Part shown: piece after piece, positions 1 through 12,251 of the stretch | Layout of the letters: each line of letters starts with the position of its first letter | Numbering within the stretch: the stretch's first letter is position 1 | DNA from: Spirochaetia bacterium | GTDB lineage: Bacteria; Spirochaetota; Spirochaetia; SZUA-6; Bin103 | Assembly (NCBI GenBank): GCA_965208575.1 | Contig: CBDBOV010000003.1 | Span: 608,001 to 672,000, forward strand | Length of the DNA stretch: 64,000 bases | Direction: 5' to 3' | Made by a program: the position numbers and the translations under genes | The notes under the pieces: generated by a model | What the model was told of the DNA's origin: nothing | Seen by the model: only the letters and a program-made list of their open reading frames with translations | Database searches by the model: none

Positions 1-653
1 GTGGAGTCGGTGTGCTGCGTGATGATGTCGGCGCCCTGGCCGATCAGCACCTTGGCGGCGTCCGCCTCCTTGCCGGGATCGAACCAGGTGTTGACCCAGA
101 TCACCTTGAGCTTGAAGTCGGGGTTGATGGTCTGCGCACCGAGCAGGAACGAGTTGATGCCGCGCACCACCTCGGGAATCGGGAACGACGCGATGTAGCC
201 GGCCACGCCGGCCTCCGACATCTGCGCGGCGATCTGGCCGATGATGTAGCGGCCCTCGTAGAAGCGGGCCGAGTAGATCGACACGTTGTCGGCGCGCTTG
301 TAGCCGGTGGCGTGCTCGAACTTCACGTCCGGGAAGCGCTCGGCCACCTTGACGGTCGGGTCCATGAAGCCGAACGAAGTGGTGAAGATCAGGCCGGCGC
401 CCTGGCGCGCGAGGCGGGTGATGGCGCGTTCGGCGTCGGGTCCCTCGGCGACGTTCTCGACGTACACCGTCTCCACGTGGTCGCCGAATTCCTCCTCCAC
501 GGCCAGCAGGCCCTGGTGGTGCTGGTAGGTCCAGCCGTGGTCGCCGATCGGGCCGACGTAGACGAAGCCCACCTTCAGCTTGTCGCCGAAGGCGAAGGTC
601 GAGATCGACAGCAGCAGCGCAAGGCTGACGATCAGCGCGAATGCCTTTCTCAT
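1..653 (-). CDS. BMP-family (purine/nucleoside) ABC transporter substrate-binding protein, runs off the window start
   Basis: Not in the ORF track; read manually. ATG at 653 with AAGGAG RBS gives MRKAFALIVSLALLLSISTFAFGDKLKVGFVYVGPIGDHGWTYQH..., a typical BMP/PnrA N-terminus. Confidence 0.9.
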   Translation of the reverse strand, partial: MRKAFALIVSLALLLSISTFAFGDKLKVGFVYVGPIGDHGWTYQHHQGLLAVEEEFGDHVETVYVENVAEGPDAERAITRLARQGAGLIFTTSFGFMDPTVKVAERFPDVKFEHATGYKRADNVSIYSARFYEGRYIIGQIAAQMSEAGVAGYIASFPIPEVVRGINSFLLGAQTINPDFKLKVIWVNTWFDPGKEADAAKVLIGQGADIITQHTDS

Positions 654-842
654 GAGGTCACTCCTTGGTGTGATGAAAGATGGATGTGGCCGAACTCTCA
701 GCGCCTGCGGGCCGGCGAGCGGACCAGAACGAATGACACCACGAGTGTCCCGCTTGGTCAAGCCGCGCCGCAAGGGCGACGCTGTTGGCGACGGAGTGTC
801 CAGATACGAACCGGCGGGCGGCAGCGGCACGTGCCGCCAACG

Positions 843-1772
843 CTAACGGTCCGGCACGAATGGCAGCCCGAGGCAGGCCGGGGTGTTCTTCCTGGTGAGC
901 AGGCGGTTGCCGGAGATCAGCACCAGCGCGGCGATGGTGGCCAGGTAGGGCAGCGAGGAGAGCAGTTGCGGCGGAATGCCGATGCCCACCCCCTGCGCGT
1001 ACAGGCCCATGATCCACACGGTGCCGAACAGGTAGGCGCCGATCGCGACCCGGCGCGGCGCCCAGGTGGAGAACACCACCAGTGCCAGGGCGATCCAGCC
1101 GCGTCCCGCGGTCATGTTTTCGATCCACTGCGGCGTGTACACCAGGGACAGGTAGCCGCCGGCCAGCCCGGCGCAGGCGCCGCCGAACGCGATGCAGGCG
1201 TAGCGTACCGCGATCACGCGGTAGCCGAGCGCGTGCGCGGAGTGGTGGTTGCCGCCGGTGGCGCGGATCACCAGCCCGACCCGGGTGCGCGCCAGGGTCC
1301 AGGCCACCAGCACCGTGATCGCCACCGAGGCGTACACCAGCGGATCCTGGCCGAACACCACCGGCCCGATGAGCGGGATGTCGGACAGTACCGGAACGTG
1401 CAGGCGTTGCATTTTGGCAGCGTCCGGCAACGGCAGACCGGTGAAGTTTTCGCCGATCAGGCCGGACAGGCCCAGCCCGAACAGCGTCAGCGCCAACCCG
1501 GTAGCGACCTGATTGGTCACCAGCGTCTGGGTGAGATACGCGAACAGCAGCGCGACCGCCACCCCCATGACGATCGCCGCCGCTACCCCGGCCACGGCGG
1601 ATCCGAGCGTGTGGGCGGCGGCGAATCCGCTCACCGCGCCGATGATCATCATCCCCTCGACTCCGAGATTCAGCACCCCCGAACGCTCCGTCACCAGCTC
1701 GCCAACGGCGGCCAGCAGCAACGGCGTCGCGGCCGTGATGATGGTCAGCAGCACCGCCTCCAGTCCGGTCAT
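843..1772 (-). CDS. Simple-sugar/nucleoside ABC transporter permease (BPD_transp_2)
   Basis: MTGLEAVLL...ERSGVLNLGVEGMM...GRGWIALALVVF...LPYLATI motifs; ATG overlaps the upstream gene's stop. Confidence 0.9.
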   Translation of the reverse strand: MTGLEAVLLTIITAATPLLLAAVGELVTERSGVLNLGVEGMMIIGAVSGFAAAHTLGSAVAGVAAAIVMGVAVALLFAYLTQTLVTNQVATGLALTLFGLGLSGLIGENFTGLPLPDAAKMQRLHVPVLSDIPLIGPVVFGQDPLVYASVAITVLVAWTLARTRVGLVIRATGGNHHSAHALGYRVIAVRYACIAFGGACAGLAGGYLSLVYTPQWIENMTAGRGWIALALVVFSTWAPRRVAIGAYLFGTVWIMGLYAQGVGIGIPPQLLSSLPYLATIAALVLISGNRLLTRKNTPACLGLPFVPDR

Positions 1773-2854
1773 CGGGCAACCCCCGCGGCCGCCCGCGTGC
1801 CGCGCTGTACCCGGATGCGGTAGCGGATCAGGGTGTCGCTGGCCAGGATGAAGAACAGCAGGGTGCCCTGGAACACTTGCGCGGTCTTGTCGGACAGGCC
1901 GAGTTCGATCTGCGCTCCCTCGCCGCCCAGGTAGCTGATCGCCAGGATGATGCCGGCGAACAGGACGCCGAGCGGGTTGAGCCGGCCGAGGAACGCCACG
2001 ATGATGGCGGTGAAGCCGTAGCCGGGCGAGATGACCGGCTGCAACTGCCCGACCGGGCCGGCGATCTCGCCGATGCCGGCCAGTCCGGCCAGCCCGCCGG
2101 AAAGGGCCAGGCAGAACCAGACGGTGCGCCGGCGCGAGAACCCGCCGAAGCCGCTGGCGCGCGGGGCGGCGCCGCTCACCACTACCTCGAACCCCTTGAG
2201 GGTGCGCGCCATGAACAGGAACAGCACTCCCACCGCCAGCACCGCGAACGCGCCGCCCAGGTGCACCCGGCTGTAGCCGAGCGTCGGCAGCAGTTGAAAC
2301 CCCTCCAGCGCGACCGACTCCGGGAAGTTGTAGCCTTCCGGGTCGCGCCACGGCCCGCGCACCAGCCAGTCGAGCAGCAGTTGCGCCACGTACACGAGCA
2401 TCAGGCTGGTCAGAATCTCGTTGGCGCCGAAGCGGTTGCGCAAGAACGCCGGAATCGCTGCCCAAGCGATGCCGCCGGCGATGCCGAGCAGCATCATCAG
2501 CGGCAGCGCCAGCGGCGACTGCCACTGGCTGGCCAGGATCGGGATGGCGGCGCCGGCGATGGCGCCGAGCGTGAGCTGGCCCTCGGCGCCGATGTTCCAG
2601 ACGTTGGCCCGGAAGCACACCGCCAGCCCGGCGCCGATCAGCACCAGCGGCGTGGCCTTCACCACCAGCTCCTCAATCGACCACAGGGAAGCCACCGGCT
2701 CGATGAAGTAGACGTACAGCCCGCGCCAGGGGTCGACGCCGCGCGCCGCGAACAGGATGGCGCCGACGATCACCATGAGCAGGATCGCCAGCAGGGGCGA
2801 AACCACCGTCATCACCCGGCTCGGCTGCGGGCGCTGCTCGAACAGCAGTTTCAC
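1769..2854 (-). CDS. Simple-sugar/nucleoside ABC transporter permease
   Basis: WNIGAEGQ, NEILTSLML and GYGFTAIIVAFLGRLNP motifs; hydrophobic. Confidence 0.9.
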   Translation of the reverse strand: MKLLFEQRPQPSRVMTVVSPLLAILLMVIVGAILFAARGVDPWRGLYVYFIEPVASLWSIEELVVKATPLVLIGAGLAVCFRANVWNIGAEGQLTLGAIAGAAIPILASQWQSPLALPLMMLLGIAGGIAWAAIPAFLRNRFGANEILTSLMLVYVAQLLLDWLVRGPWRDPEGYNFPESVALEGFQLLPTLGYSRVHLGGAFAVLAVGVLFLFMARTLKGFEVVVSGAAPRASGFGGFSRRRTVWFCLALSGGLAGLAGIGEIAGPVGQLQPVISPGYGFTAIIVAFLGRLNPLGVLFAGIILAISYLGGEGAQIELGLSDKTAQVFQGTLLFFILASDTLIRYRIRVQRGTRAAAGVAR

Positions 2855-2968
2855 GCCGGGACCTCCCGGTCCGCCGGGACCTCCGGGTCCGCCGGGACCT
2901 CCGGGTCCGCCGGCACCACCCGGTTGCCCGCGCTCTCATGGGCACCTGCCATCAGGAGGCCGATCCGG
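2855..2968. repeat. About four 18-bp tandem repeats plus a 61-bp diverged duplicate of the ATPase gene 3' end
   Basis: (ccgggacctccgggtccg)n at 2855-2924; 2908-2968 aligns with 3006-3066. Confidence 0.85.
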
Positions 2969-3002
2969 CGGCTCGGCCGCGGGCGTTGCGTGAACGGAAG
3001 CG

Positions 3003-4559
<1,557 letters not shown>

Positions 4560-4624
4560 CGTTCCTCCTCCGCTGAGCCGGTGTACCGGTGTGCCGGTCG
4601 GGAACCGCGCCCTCTGTTGCCGGA

Positions 4625-5449
4625 TCAGGCGCCCGCGGCGTCGCGGCGAAATGCCCAGCCGGTGAGGCGCCGCTCAAGCCAGGCGAAGGCAGCATACATG
4701 CCGATTCCCTCCGCCGCCAGCGCAAACAACCCGGCGAACACCAGCGGCACCTCGAAGTTGGCCTGCGCGATCAGCATCATGTGGCCGATGCCGACGTTGG
4801 CGGCAACCGTTTCGGCCACCACCGAGCCCACGAACGCCAGCGTTATCGCGATCTTGAGCGAACCGAAGAAGTAGGGCAGGGCGCGCGGGATGCCCACCTT
4901 GAGCATGATGTCGCGCTTCCTGGCTCCCAGCGCGCGCAGCACGTCCTCCAGTTCCGGCTCCAGTGTCGCCAGGCCGGTGGCGACGTTCACGACGATCGGG
5001 AAGAACGAGATCAGGAACGCGGTCAGGATGGCCGGCGGCGAGCCGATGCCGAACCACAACACCAGGATCGGCACCACCGCCACCTTGGGTACGCAGTTGA
5101 AGCCGATCATCATCGGGTAGAGGCCGTTGTAGATGGTCTTCGACCAGCCGATGATCAGCCCCAGCAACAGCCCGAACCCCACGGCGATGCCGAACCCGGC
5201 CAGCGTCGTCCACAGGGTCTGAATGGAGTTCACCACCAGTGCGCGGCGGAATTCGGCGAAGGTGGCCAGGATCACGGTGGGCGTGGGCAGCACGTAGGCG
5301 GGGATCCGGAACACCCGGCACACCGCTTCCCAGAGCAGGAAACCGCCCAGCGTCATCAGCCAGGGTGAAAGTTTCTCCCGCCAGCGGGCCTGGCCCGCCT
5401 GCGGCGGCGCAACCGCCGCGCCGGTCTGTGCCTCCACGGAGTCGGTCAT
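4625..5449 (-). CDS. NitT/TauT-family ABC transporter permease
   Basis: PKVAVVPILVLWFGIG and EAA-like loop; operon with ATPase and NMT1-type SBP. Confidence 0.9.
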   Translation of the reverse strand: MTDSVEAQTGAAVAPPQAGQARWREKLSPWLMTLGGFLLWEAVCRVFRIPAYVLPTPTVILATFAEFRRALVVNSIQTLWTTLAGFGIAVGFGLLLGLIIGWSKTIYNGLYPMMIGFNCVPKVAVVPILVLWFGIGSPPAILTAFLISFFPIVVNVATGLATLEPELEDVLRALGARKRDIMLKVGIPRALPYFFGSLKIAITLAFVGSVVAETVAANVGIGHMMLIAQANFEVPLVFAGLFALAAEGIGMYAAFAWLERRLTGWAFRRDAAGA

Positions 5450-6264
5450 ATCACCCGAAAGCGCGCGATGTGGTCGCGCAGTTCCTGCACGATGGCGACG
5501 AACTCGGGCGAGTAGCAGTCGTCCGGCTCGCGCGGGCGCGGCAGGTCGATCTCGCGGGTCACCTCGATCCGTCCCGGCCGGGCGCTCATCACGTGCACGG
5601 TGTCGGCCAGGAACACCGCCTCGCGCAGGTCGTGGGTGACCAGGATCACGGTGAATCCCTTACGCTGCCACAAGTCGCGCAGCACGCACCACAACTCCTC
5701 GCGCGTGAACGCGTCCAGCGCCGCGAACGGCTCGTCGAGCATCAGCAGGGCGGGCTCGTGAATCAGCGCCCGGCACAGCGACGCGCGCTGCTGCATGCCG
5801 CCGGAGAGCTGCCACGGGTAATGGGCGCCGTAGCCGGACAGGCCCACCAGCGCCAGCAACTCCTCGGCGGCCGCTTCGTACTCCGCGCGCCGCGCGCGCA
5901 GCCGGCGCCGGTGCGGCTGCACGATTTCCAGCGGCAGCAGGACGTTGTCCAGGGTCGACCGCCACAGCAGCAGGGTCGGGTTCTGGAACGCCATGCCGAC
6001 GATTTTCAGCGGGCCGGTCACCGGCTCGCCGGCCACGTACGTATTTCCGGTGCGGGCCGGGAGCAGGCCGGAGGTCAGCTTCATCAGCGTCGACTTGCCG
6101 CACCCGCTCGGCCCGACCACGGCGGCGAACTCGCCGCGCCGCACCTGCAGGTCCAGGCCCTGCAGAACCAGCTCGGCGGAGGCGTCGCCGCCATAGGTCA
6201 GGCTGACATCGCGCAACTCGACGAATGCCTCCGCCTGCGCGTTTGCCGTATCGCCCGCACTCAC
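5446..6264 (-). CDS. NitT/TauT-family ABC transporter ATP-binding protein
   Basis: GPSGCGKST, LSGGMQQR, LMLDEPF; start placed at GTG 6264 just after the SBP stop. Confidence 0.9.
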   Translation of the reverse strand: MSAGDTANAQAEAFVELRDVSLTYGGDASAELVLQGLDLQVRRGEFAAVVGPSGCGKSTLMKLTSGLLPARTGNTYVAGEPVTGPLKIVGMAFQNPTLLLWRSTLDNVLLPLEIVQPHRRRLRARRAEYEAAAEELLALVGLSGYGAHYPWQLSGGMQQRASLCRALIHEPALLMLDEPFAALDAFTREELWCVLRDLWQRKGFTVILVTHDLREAVFLADTVHVMSARPGRIEVTREIDLPRPREPDDCYSPEFVAIVQELRDHIARFRVI

Positions 6265-6271
6265 CGCGGCG

Positions 6272-7303
6272 CTACTGTAGCATACGCTCCGCGGCAGCCG
6301 GCAGATACTCGTTGGTGAACACCTCCTCGGGCGCCGGCGGCGTCCCACTGAACTCGTAGGTCACGCCGATCTGCTCGATCGACGAGGCCAGCCGCGCCAG
6401 GTCGACGCTGCCGAAGCCGTGCTCCTGCACGTACGCCGTGTTCACGTTGTCGGCGATGCTCATCTCCAGGCGCTCCAGCTCCACCGGCTCGCGCGCCACC
6501 AGGTTGCGCTCCAGCACGTGCTTCACGGCAGCGGCGGGATCCGCGACCACATCCTGCCAACCTCTGATGATGGCGCGCACGAAGCCGGACACCGCGTCCG
6601 GGTTGGCGGCGGCGAACTCGGGGTTGACGATCACCGTGTTGCCGTACAATTCGAGCCCGTAGTCGGACATCAGGAACACGCGAATGTCCTCTGCAGCGAC
6701 ACCCTTGGACTTGAGGTTCAGGAACGAGGAGAACGAGTAGCCGGTGATCGCGTCCACCTGGCCCGCCACCAGCATCGGCTCACGCACCGGGAATCCGACG
6801 TTCTCGATGGTCACCTTGCTCGCGTCGATGCCGTTCTCCTTGACGAACGCCTTCCACTGCGCGTAGGCGCCGTCGGGAGCGGGCGCGCCGAGAATGCGTC
6901 CCTCCAGGTCCTTCGGCGTCTCGATACCGGTCTTGGCGAGCGTGACGATGGCGAACGGCGGCGCGTCGTACACCATGAGAATGCCCTTGATGCCGACGTC
7001 CGGATTCTTGTCGTGGAACTTGATCAGCGAGTTGATGTCGGCGAAGCCGAACTGATAGACGCCGCTGGCCACGCGCGGGATCGCCTCCAGCGAGCCCTGG
7101 CCGGTGTCGATGGTGACGTCCAGCCCCTCGTCGGCGAAGTAGCCCTTGTCGAGGGCCAGCAGGTAGGCCGCCGCCGGACCTTCGAACTTCCAGTCGAGCG
7201 AGAACTTGACGTCGAGCCCGTCCGCGCTCACCGCGGCCGCGCCGAGCAACGATGCGCAGGCGACGGCCAGAAAGCCGAGCACCGCGCGCTGAAATGTGTG
7301 CAT
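6272..7303 (-). CDS. NMT1/THI5-like ABC substrate-binding protein
   Basis: Signal peptide, LDWKFEGPAA...KGYFADEGLDV motif; AGGAGG RBS before ATG 7303. Confidence 0.9.
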   Translation of the reverse strand: MHTFQRAVLGFLAVACASLLGAAAVSADGLDVKFSLDWKFEGPAAAYLLALDKGYFADEGLDVTIDTGQGSLEAIPRVASGVYQFGFADINSLIKFHDKNPDVGIKGILMVYDAPPFAIVTLAKTGIETPKDLEGRILGAPAPDGAYAQWKAFVKENGIDASKVTIENVGFPVREPMLVAGQVDAITGYSFSSFLNLKSKGVAAEDIRVFLMSDYGLELYGNTVIVNPEFAAANPDAVSGFVRAIIRGWQDVVADPAAAVKHVLERNLVAREPVELERLEMSIADNVNTAYVQEHGFGSVDLARLASSIEQIGVTYEFSGTPPAPEEVFTNEYLPAAAERMLQ

Positions 7304-7419
7304 GAGAATCCTCCTGTGCAGCATTATGCAAGATGCGCGCCAAAAGGAAAGCTCGCGGCTTGGATTCGACAACCGCGTGGCGGTGTGCCAGAATGCCGCC
7401 GCACTGGGGAGGGCCACAC

Positions 7420-8328
7420 ATGGCACAGGTTTCGATAACGATGCTCAACTCGATGGCGGACCGCGACTTCGAGACCGCCCTGGACCGCCACGTGGCGTGG
7501 GAGCTGCGCTACCTGGACGTGAAGGACTCCGTGTTCGGCAAGGGTGTGGCCGACCTCAGCGACGCCGAGGCCCACCGCGCCGCGGAGTTGATCGATGCCC
7601 GCGAGCTTTCGGTGTACTGCATGTCCACGCAACTCTTTCACGGCGACGTGGAGGTGGGCGAGGCGGCGTTCCGTGAGGCGCACCTGGAGCCGCTGGAGCG
7701 CGCCATCGCGGTCGCCCGGATCCTGCGCCCGAACCTGTTCCGGCTGCTGTCGGCGCGCACCACCCTGCGCGGGCAGGTCGCCGACAGCATCGCCTGGCTG
7801 CGCGACCGCCATCCCTGGGTGATGTCCTGCTACCGCGAGGCGGTCGAGCGGCTGGCGGCGGCCGGGCTGCGCGTGACCATCGAGAACGAGTGCCACGCCA
7901 ACATCCTCGCGACCCCGGACGAGGTGGCCGGCTTCTTCGCCGAGCTGGACTGCGGCGACGCGGTCAACCTGACCTGGGACGTGCAGAACATGTGGCAGAT
8001 GGGCACGGTGCCGACCATGGAGGCGTACCGCCGGTTGCGCCCGCTGCTCGCCTACTACCACCTGAAGGGCGGCCAGGCGGCGGCGGGCGGCGACGCCCTG
8101 CACTGGAAGTCGAGCCTCGAGGACGCATCCTGGCCGGTGCGGGAGATAACACGCCAGGTGGTGGCGGACGGCGTCAGCCCGGTGATCTGCCTGAATGGCT
8201 CGCACGGACAGCGCAAACCGGGTTACCCGTACGACGACGTGCTCGCGCGCGACCTTGCGTTCGCAAGGGAAATCGCCGCCGGCGTCGAGACGGCCGGCGG
8301 CGTCGGGACAGCCGGAGGCGCGCGGTGA
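7420..8328 (+). CDS. Sugar-phosphate isomerase/epimerase family (xylose-isomerase-like TIM barrel)
   Basis: IENE, WDVQN and YYHLKG metal-binding motifs; GGAGG RBS. Confidence 0.75.
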   Translation: MAQVSITMLNSMADRDFETALDRHVAWELRYLDVKDSVFGKGVADLSDAEAHRAAELIDARELSVYCMSTQLFHGDVEVGEAAFREAHLEPLERAIAVARILRPNLFRLLSARTTLRGQVADSIAWLRDRHPWVMSCYREAVERLAAAGLRVTIENECHANILATPDEVAGFFAELDCGDAVNLTWDVQNMWQMGTVPTMEAYRRLRPLLAYYHLKGGQAAAGGDALHWKSSLEDASWPVREITRQVVADGVSPVICLNGSHGQRKPGYPYDDVLARDLAFAREIAAGVETAGGVGTAGGAR

Positions 8329-9362
8329 GCTATCAACGCGAATTCGAGCGCCGCCTCAACGTCGGCGTGGTGGGCGTGGGTTCCCACTCCTACCGCAACC
8401 TGCTGCCTGCCATGCACTTCCTGCCGGTCCGGCTGGCCGCGTTCTGCGACCGCAACCTGGAGCTGGCAGAGCGCACCGCGGCCGAGTACGGCGTGGCGTC
8501 CTGCTACGCCGATGCCGCCGAGATGTACCGCAACGAGGATCTGGACGCCGTGTTCATCTGCGTCTCGCCGCGCCTCCACTCGGAGCTCGCCTGCGAGGCA
8601 CTCGATGCCGGCCTGCACGTGTGGATGGAGAAACCGCCGTCAATCAATCCGGCACAGGTGGAGACGATGATCGAGCACCGCGGCGACCGCGTCGCAGTGG
8701 TGGGGTTCAAGAAAGCGTTCCTGCCTGCCACCCGCAAGGTGATCGAGATCATGGCGCGCGACGATGCCGGACCCCTGCAGGGGATGACCGCCGAATACCG
8801 GCTGCAGTTTCCCGAACGCGGTGCGGAGGTACTCACCGATCCGGGGCAGCGCAATTCCTTCGGCGACGCGGTCCACCCGATGGCGATGATGCTTGCGGTA
8901 GGCGGGAAAGTCGCGGCGGTGACGGCGCACCCCACCCCGGCCCGGGTGGGCGTCTGCGTGCTGGAGTTCGCCAGCGGGGCGGTGGGCACCTTCAGCCTGG
9001 TGTCGGCGCGCACCATGCCGCTGGAGCGCTACGCGTTCTGGGGCAACTGGCACGTCAGCGTCGACAACGGCAGCCGCATCACGGTGCGGCGCGGCATTCC
9101 GTTCGCCTACGGGCGCACCACCAGCTTCGTCCCCGAGGGCATCGATTCCGGCGCGGTGGTGTGGGAGCCGCAGAACACCCTGGCCACGCTGGAGAACAAG
9201 TCGCTGTTCATCCAGGGCTTCTACAACGAGATGCGCTACTTCTGCGACTGCGTGCTGGAAGGCCGCCCGGCGCAGCAGGGTTCGCTCGAGTTCGCGCTCT
9301 CCCTGATGCGCACCTACGAGGCAGCGCTGCACTCCGAGGGCCGCCGCATCGAACTCGCCTGA
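8325..9362 (+). CDS. Gfo/Idh/MocA family oxidoreductase
   Basis: GVVGVGSH Rossmann motif and HVWMEKP; GTGA overlap with the upstream gene. Confidence 0.9.
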   Translation: MSYQREFERRLNVGVVGVGSHSYRNLLPAMHFLPVRLAAFCDRNLELAERTAAEYGVASCYADAAEMYRNEDLDAVFICVSPRLHSELACEALDAGLHVWMEKPPSINPAQVETMIEHRGDRVAVVGFKKAFLPATRKVIEIMARDDAGPLQGMTAEYRLQFPERGAEVLTDPGQRNSFGDAVHPMAMMLAVGGKVAAVTAHPTPARVGVCVLEFASGAVGTFSLVSARTMPLERYAFWGNWHVSVDNGSRITVRRGIPFAYGRTTSFVPEGIDSGAVVWEPQNTLATLENKSLFIQGFYNEMRYFCDCVLEGRPAQQGSLEFALSLMRTYEAALHSEGRRIELA

Positions 9363-9415
9363 CCGAGCCCGTGCACTCCCCGCCGGGACGGATCGTCTTG
9401 TACCGGATCGGGTAG

Positions 9416-9835
9416 TCAGTTTTCGAGCAGTTGCTTGAGGGCGGCGAGCTGGCCGCTGTCGGCCTTGCGGATCGCCATCCGGATCAGGGGCGCCAGGAAC
9501 CGCCACGGCCCCTGCATCCGGCACTCGGCGGTCAGGGTGACCCGCGTGCTGTCGGCGCCGGATGCTTCGACGGCATACTCGTAGTCGGCGGTCACGCCAG
9601 CGTGCTCGGAGCGCAGCACGAACGACCGGCCCGGCTGCCACGAGGCGATCGTGGAGGTGCGGTCCTGGCCGCGGGCGCGGAAGGTGATGCGCGTCCCCAC
9701 GGCGGCCGCTCCCTCCGCCTGCAGCGAGTCGACGCCGGCCATCCAGCGGTGGGCGTTGCCCCAGTCGGTCAGGGCCTGCCACACCTCGCCCGCGGGTCTG
9801 GTTATGGTCGCCTCCACGGCGAACACTCTCGGCAT
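9416..9835 (-). CDS. SRPBCC/polyketide-cyclase-like family protein
   Basis: ITRPAGEVWQALTD...W pattern, C-terminal 'LAALKQLLE'; 139 aa. Confidence 0.8.
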   Translation of the reverse strand: MPRVFAVEATITRPAGEVWQALTDWGNAHRWMAGVDSLQAEGAAAVGTRITFRARGQDRTSTIASWQPGRSFVLRSEHAGVTADYEYAVEASGADSTRVTLTAECRMQGPWRFLAPLIRMAIRKADSGQLAALKQLLEN

Positions 9836-9964
9836 CGCAATTCCCCCTGAATCGTCGTTGCGGCGGAAACCGCGCCCGCCGGTGGTCGGCGACCGTGGCG
9901 TGCGCGGCGCACAGCATACACCACTTGGTCCCGGTCGCGGCCGAGTACAAGCGGATCTTCCCGC

Positions 9965-10019
9965 TTGACCCGAACTGTTGACGTGATTACCCTAAGTTTG
10001 GATTTTGAGTAATCAAAAT
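9965..10019 (+). promoter_or_regulatory. Sigma70-like promoter plus DtxR/TroR/MntR-type operator
   Basis: TTGACC(9965)-N17-TACCCT(9988); AT-rich dyad ATTTTGA-GTAA-TCAAAAT at 10002-10019 upstream of the metal ABC operon. Confidence 0.65.
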
Positions 10020-10032
10020 TGGGATTTGTTGA

Positions 10033-11094
10033 ATGCAAAGAACGAACTGTGGTCGGTCCGGGATGCGCGCACTGGCGTTGCTGGGGTATGCCCTCGCGGC
10101 GGCGATGCTGGTTGCCTGTGACGCCGCCGAAGGCGGCAGCCGGACCGGAAAAGGAGGGCAGGCCGCCGGCGGCGTGGGCGGCGCGAGCGCGCGCGACCAT
10201 CCGTACCGGATCACCGCCACCATCGGCATGGTGGCAGACATCGTGCGGCAGGTAGCCGGTGACCGTGGCGAGGTGACCGCGATCATCGGGGAGGGGGTCG
10301 ACCCGCACCTGTACGTGCCCACGCGCAGCGACGTGGCGGCCTTGATGGAGTCGGACATCGTGTTCTACTCGGGGCTGCTGCTGGAAGGGAAGATGACCGA
10401 CACGCTGATCAAGGTGGCGCGCGGCGGGCGCCCGGTGCACGCGGTCACCGAGCTGGTGGACGAGTCGCTGCTGCTGGCCCCGGAGGAGTTCGCCGGGCAC
10501 TTCGATCCGCACCTGTGGATGGACGTGTCCGGCTGGATGCAGGCGGTGGACGCCGTGACCGGTGCGCTGGCCGAGTTCGATCCCGCCGGGCAGGAGGGCT
10601 ACCGGCAGCGCGCAGCCGACTACCGCGCCACGCTGTCCGATCTGCACGACTACGCACTGCGCGCCGTCGGCACGGTTCCCGAGCGCCAACGCATTCTGGT
10701 CACCGCCCACGATGCGTTCAACTACTTCGGGCGCGCCTACGGCCTGGACGTGGAGGGCATCCAGGGCATGTCCACCGAGTCGGAGGCGGGCCTGGACCGC
10801 ATCAACCGGCTGGTCGACCTGCTGGTGACGCGGCAGGTCGGGGCGGTGTTCGTGGAAACCACCATCGCCGACCGCAACGTGCGCGCCCTGATCGAAGGCG
10901 CCGCGGCGCGCGGTCACGAGGTGCAGGTGGGCGGCGAGCTGTTCTCCGATGCCATGGGTCAGCCGGGCACCTACGAGGGCACCTACGTGGGCATGCTGGA
11001 CCACAACATCACCACCGTGGCGCGCGCCCTCGGCGGCGACGCCCCGGAGCGCGGCTTCCAGGGCAAGCTGTCGCACGCGGCGGCGGCGCCGTGA
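10033..11094 (+). CDS. troA: TroA/MntA-like Mn/Zn/Fe ABC substrate-binding lipoprotein
   Basis: Lipobox LVAC, DPHLY, DPHLWMD, TAHDAFNYF, LFSDAMG. Start may be ATG 10063. Confidence 0.9.
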   Translation: MQRTNCGRSGMRALALLGYALAAAMLVACDAAEGGSRTGKGGQAAGGVGGASARDHPYRITATIGMVADIVRQVAGDRGEVTAIIGEGVDPHLYVPTRSDVAALMESDIVFYSGLLLEGKMTDTLIKVARGGRPVHAVTELVDESLLLAPEEFAGHFDPHLWMDVSGWMQAVDAVTGALAEFDPAGQEGYRQRAADYRATLSDLHDYALRAVGTVPERQRILVTAHDAFNYFGRAYGLDVEGIQGMSTESEAGLDRINRLVDLLVTRQVGAVFVETTIADRNVRALIEGAAARGHEVQVGGELFSDAMGQPGTYEGTYVGMLDHNITTVARALGGDAPERGFQGKLSHAAAAP

Positions 11095-12251
11095 GCGGGC
11101 CGGAGAGACAGGCCCGTCCACCACGTGCGGCGGGCGATGAGCGGCTACGGCGGGTACGCGCTCACGGTTCGCTGTTGGTTGCGTCGCGGGCGCGGTCGCT
11201 TCGCTGCGCCAAGGGCGATGCAGTCGCAGGCACGGGCACCGCAACCGGGTCGCGACTCACGGACCAGGCTCCGGCAGCACCGCCGGCACGAGACCGCGGC
11301 GGTGTGCCGGCTGCCGGATCGCTTGCGGTGCGCGGCGATCCGGGCCGGCCCGCCGCCAAGCCGGCACGACGTGGCGATGGCAGACCACGGCGCGGCGGCC
11401 CCGGCGCGCAGCGTGGCGGCGACCACCCGAAGGCGGCGACCGCTTCCCATCCGGTCGCGGCGCCGTCCGAGGCGGCGCGCAGCCCGCTGGTGGTGCGCGA
11501 CCTGACCATCGCCTACCGGCGCCGGCCGGTGTTGTGGGACGTGGACCTGGCCGCCACCGACGGGGTGATTACCGGCATCGTCGGGCCCAACGGCGCCGGC
11601 AAGAGCACGCTGCTCAAGGGCGTGCTCGACCTGGTACCGCACGTGTCCGGCTCGGTGAGCATCTACGGCAAGCCCTACCGGCAGCAGCGGCGGCTGGTGG
11701 CCTACGTCCCGCAGCGTGAGAGCGTGGACTGGGACTACCCGGTCAGCGCGCTCGACCTGGTGGCGATGGGGCTGTACCGGTCGCTCGGCTGGCTGCGCCC
11801 GGTGCGCCGCGCCACCCGCGAGGCGGCGCGCGCCGCCATGGACCTGGTCGGCATGGCCGACTATGCCGGGCGGCAAATCTCGGAGCTTTCCGGTGGCCAG
11901 CAGCAACGCCTTTTCCTGGCGCGGGCGCTTGCTCAGGATGCGCGGATCTACTTCATGGACGAGCCGTTTGCCGGCGTGGACGCCGCTACCGAGCGCGCCA
12001 TCGTGGAATTGCTGCAGCGGCTGCGCCGCGAGGGCAAGAGCGTGTTCGTGGTGCACCACGACCTGCAGACCGTGAGCAGCTACTTCGACGACCTGCTGAT
12101 GCTCAACCTGCGCGTGGTGGCGCACGGACCGGTGGCGGCGGTGTTCACCAACGACAACCTGCACAAGACCTACGGCGGCCGGCTGACGCTGCTCGATCGG
12201 GCGGTGGACGCGCTCGGGCGCGGTCCGGCCGGGCGCGGGCACGGCGGATGA
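11091..12251 (+). CDS. troB: TroB/MntB-like metal ABC ATP-binding protein; start uncertain, possible long low-complexity N-terminus
   Basis: GPNGAGKST, YVPQRESVDWDYP, LSGGQQQR, MDEPF, VHHDL; GTG overlaps the troA stop. Confidence 0.85.
   Translation: MSGPERQARPPRAAGDERLRRVRAHGSLLVASRARSLRCAKGDAVAGTGTATGSRLTDQAPAAPPARDRGGVPAAGSLAVRGDPGRPAAKPARRGDGRPRRGGPGAQRGGDHPKAATASHPVAAPSEAARSPLVVRDLTIAYRRRPVLWDVDLAATDGVITGIVGPNGAGKSTLLKGVLDLVPHVSGSVSIYGKPYRQQRRLVAYVPQRESVDWDYPVSALDLVAMGLYRSLGWLRPVRRATREAARAAMDLVGMADYAGRQISELSGGQQQRLFLARALAQDARIYFMDEPFAGVDAATERAIVELLQRLRREGKSVFVVHHDLQTVSSYFDDLLMLNLRVVAHGPVAAVFTNDNLHKTYGGRLTLLDRAVDALGRGPAGRGHGG

Noticed and set aside
2757-2993. Collagen-like (GPP)n ORF on the + strand
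   Set aside because: It is only the translation of the 18-bp tandem repeat, antisense to the ABC operon.
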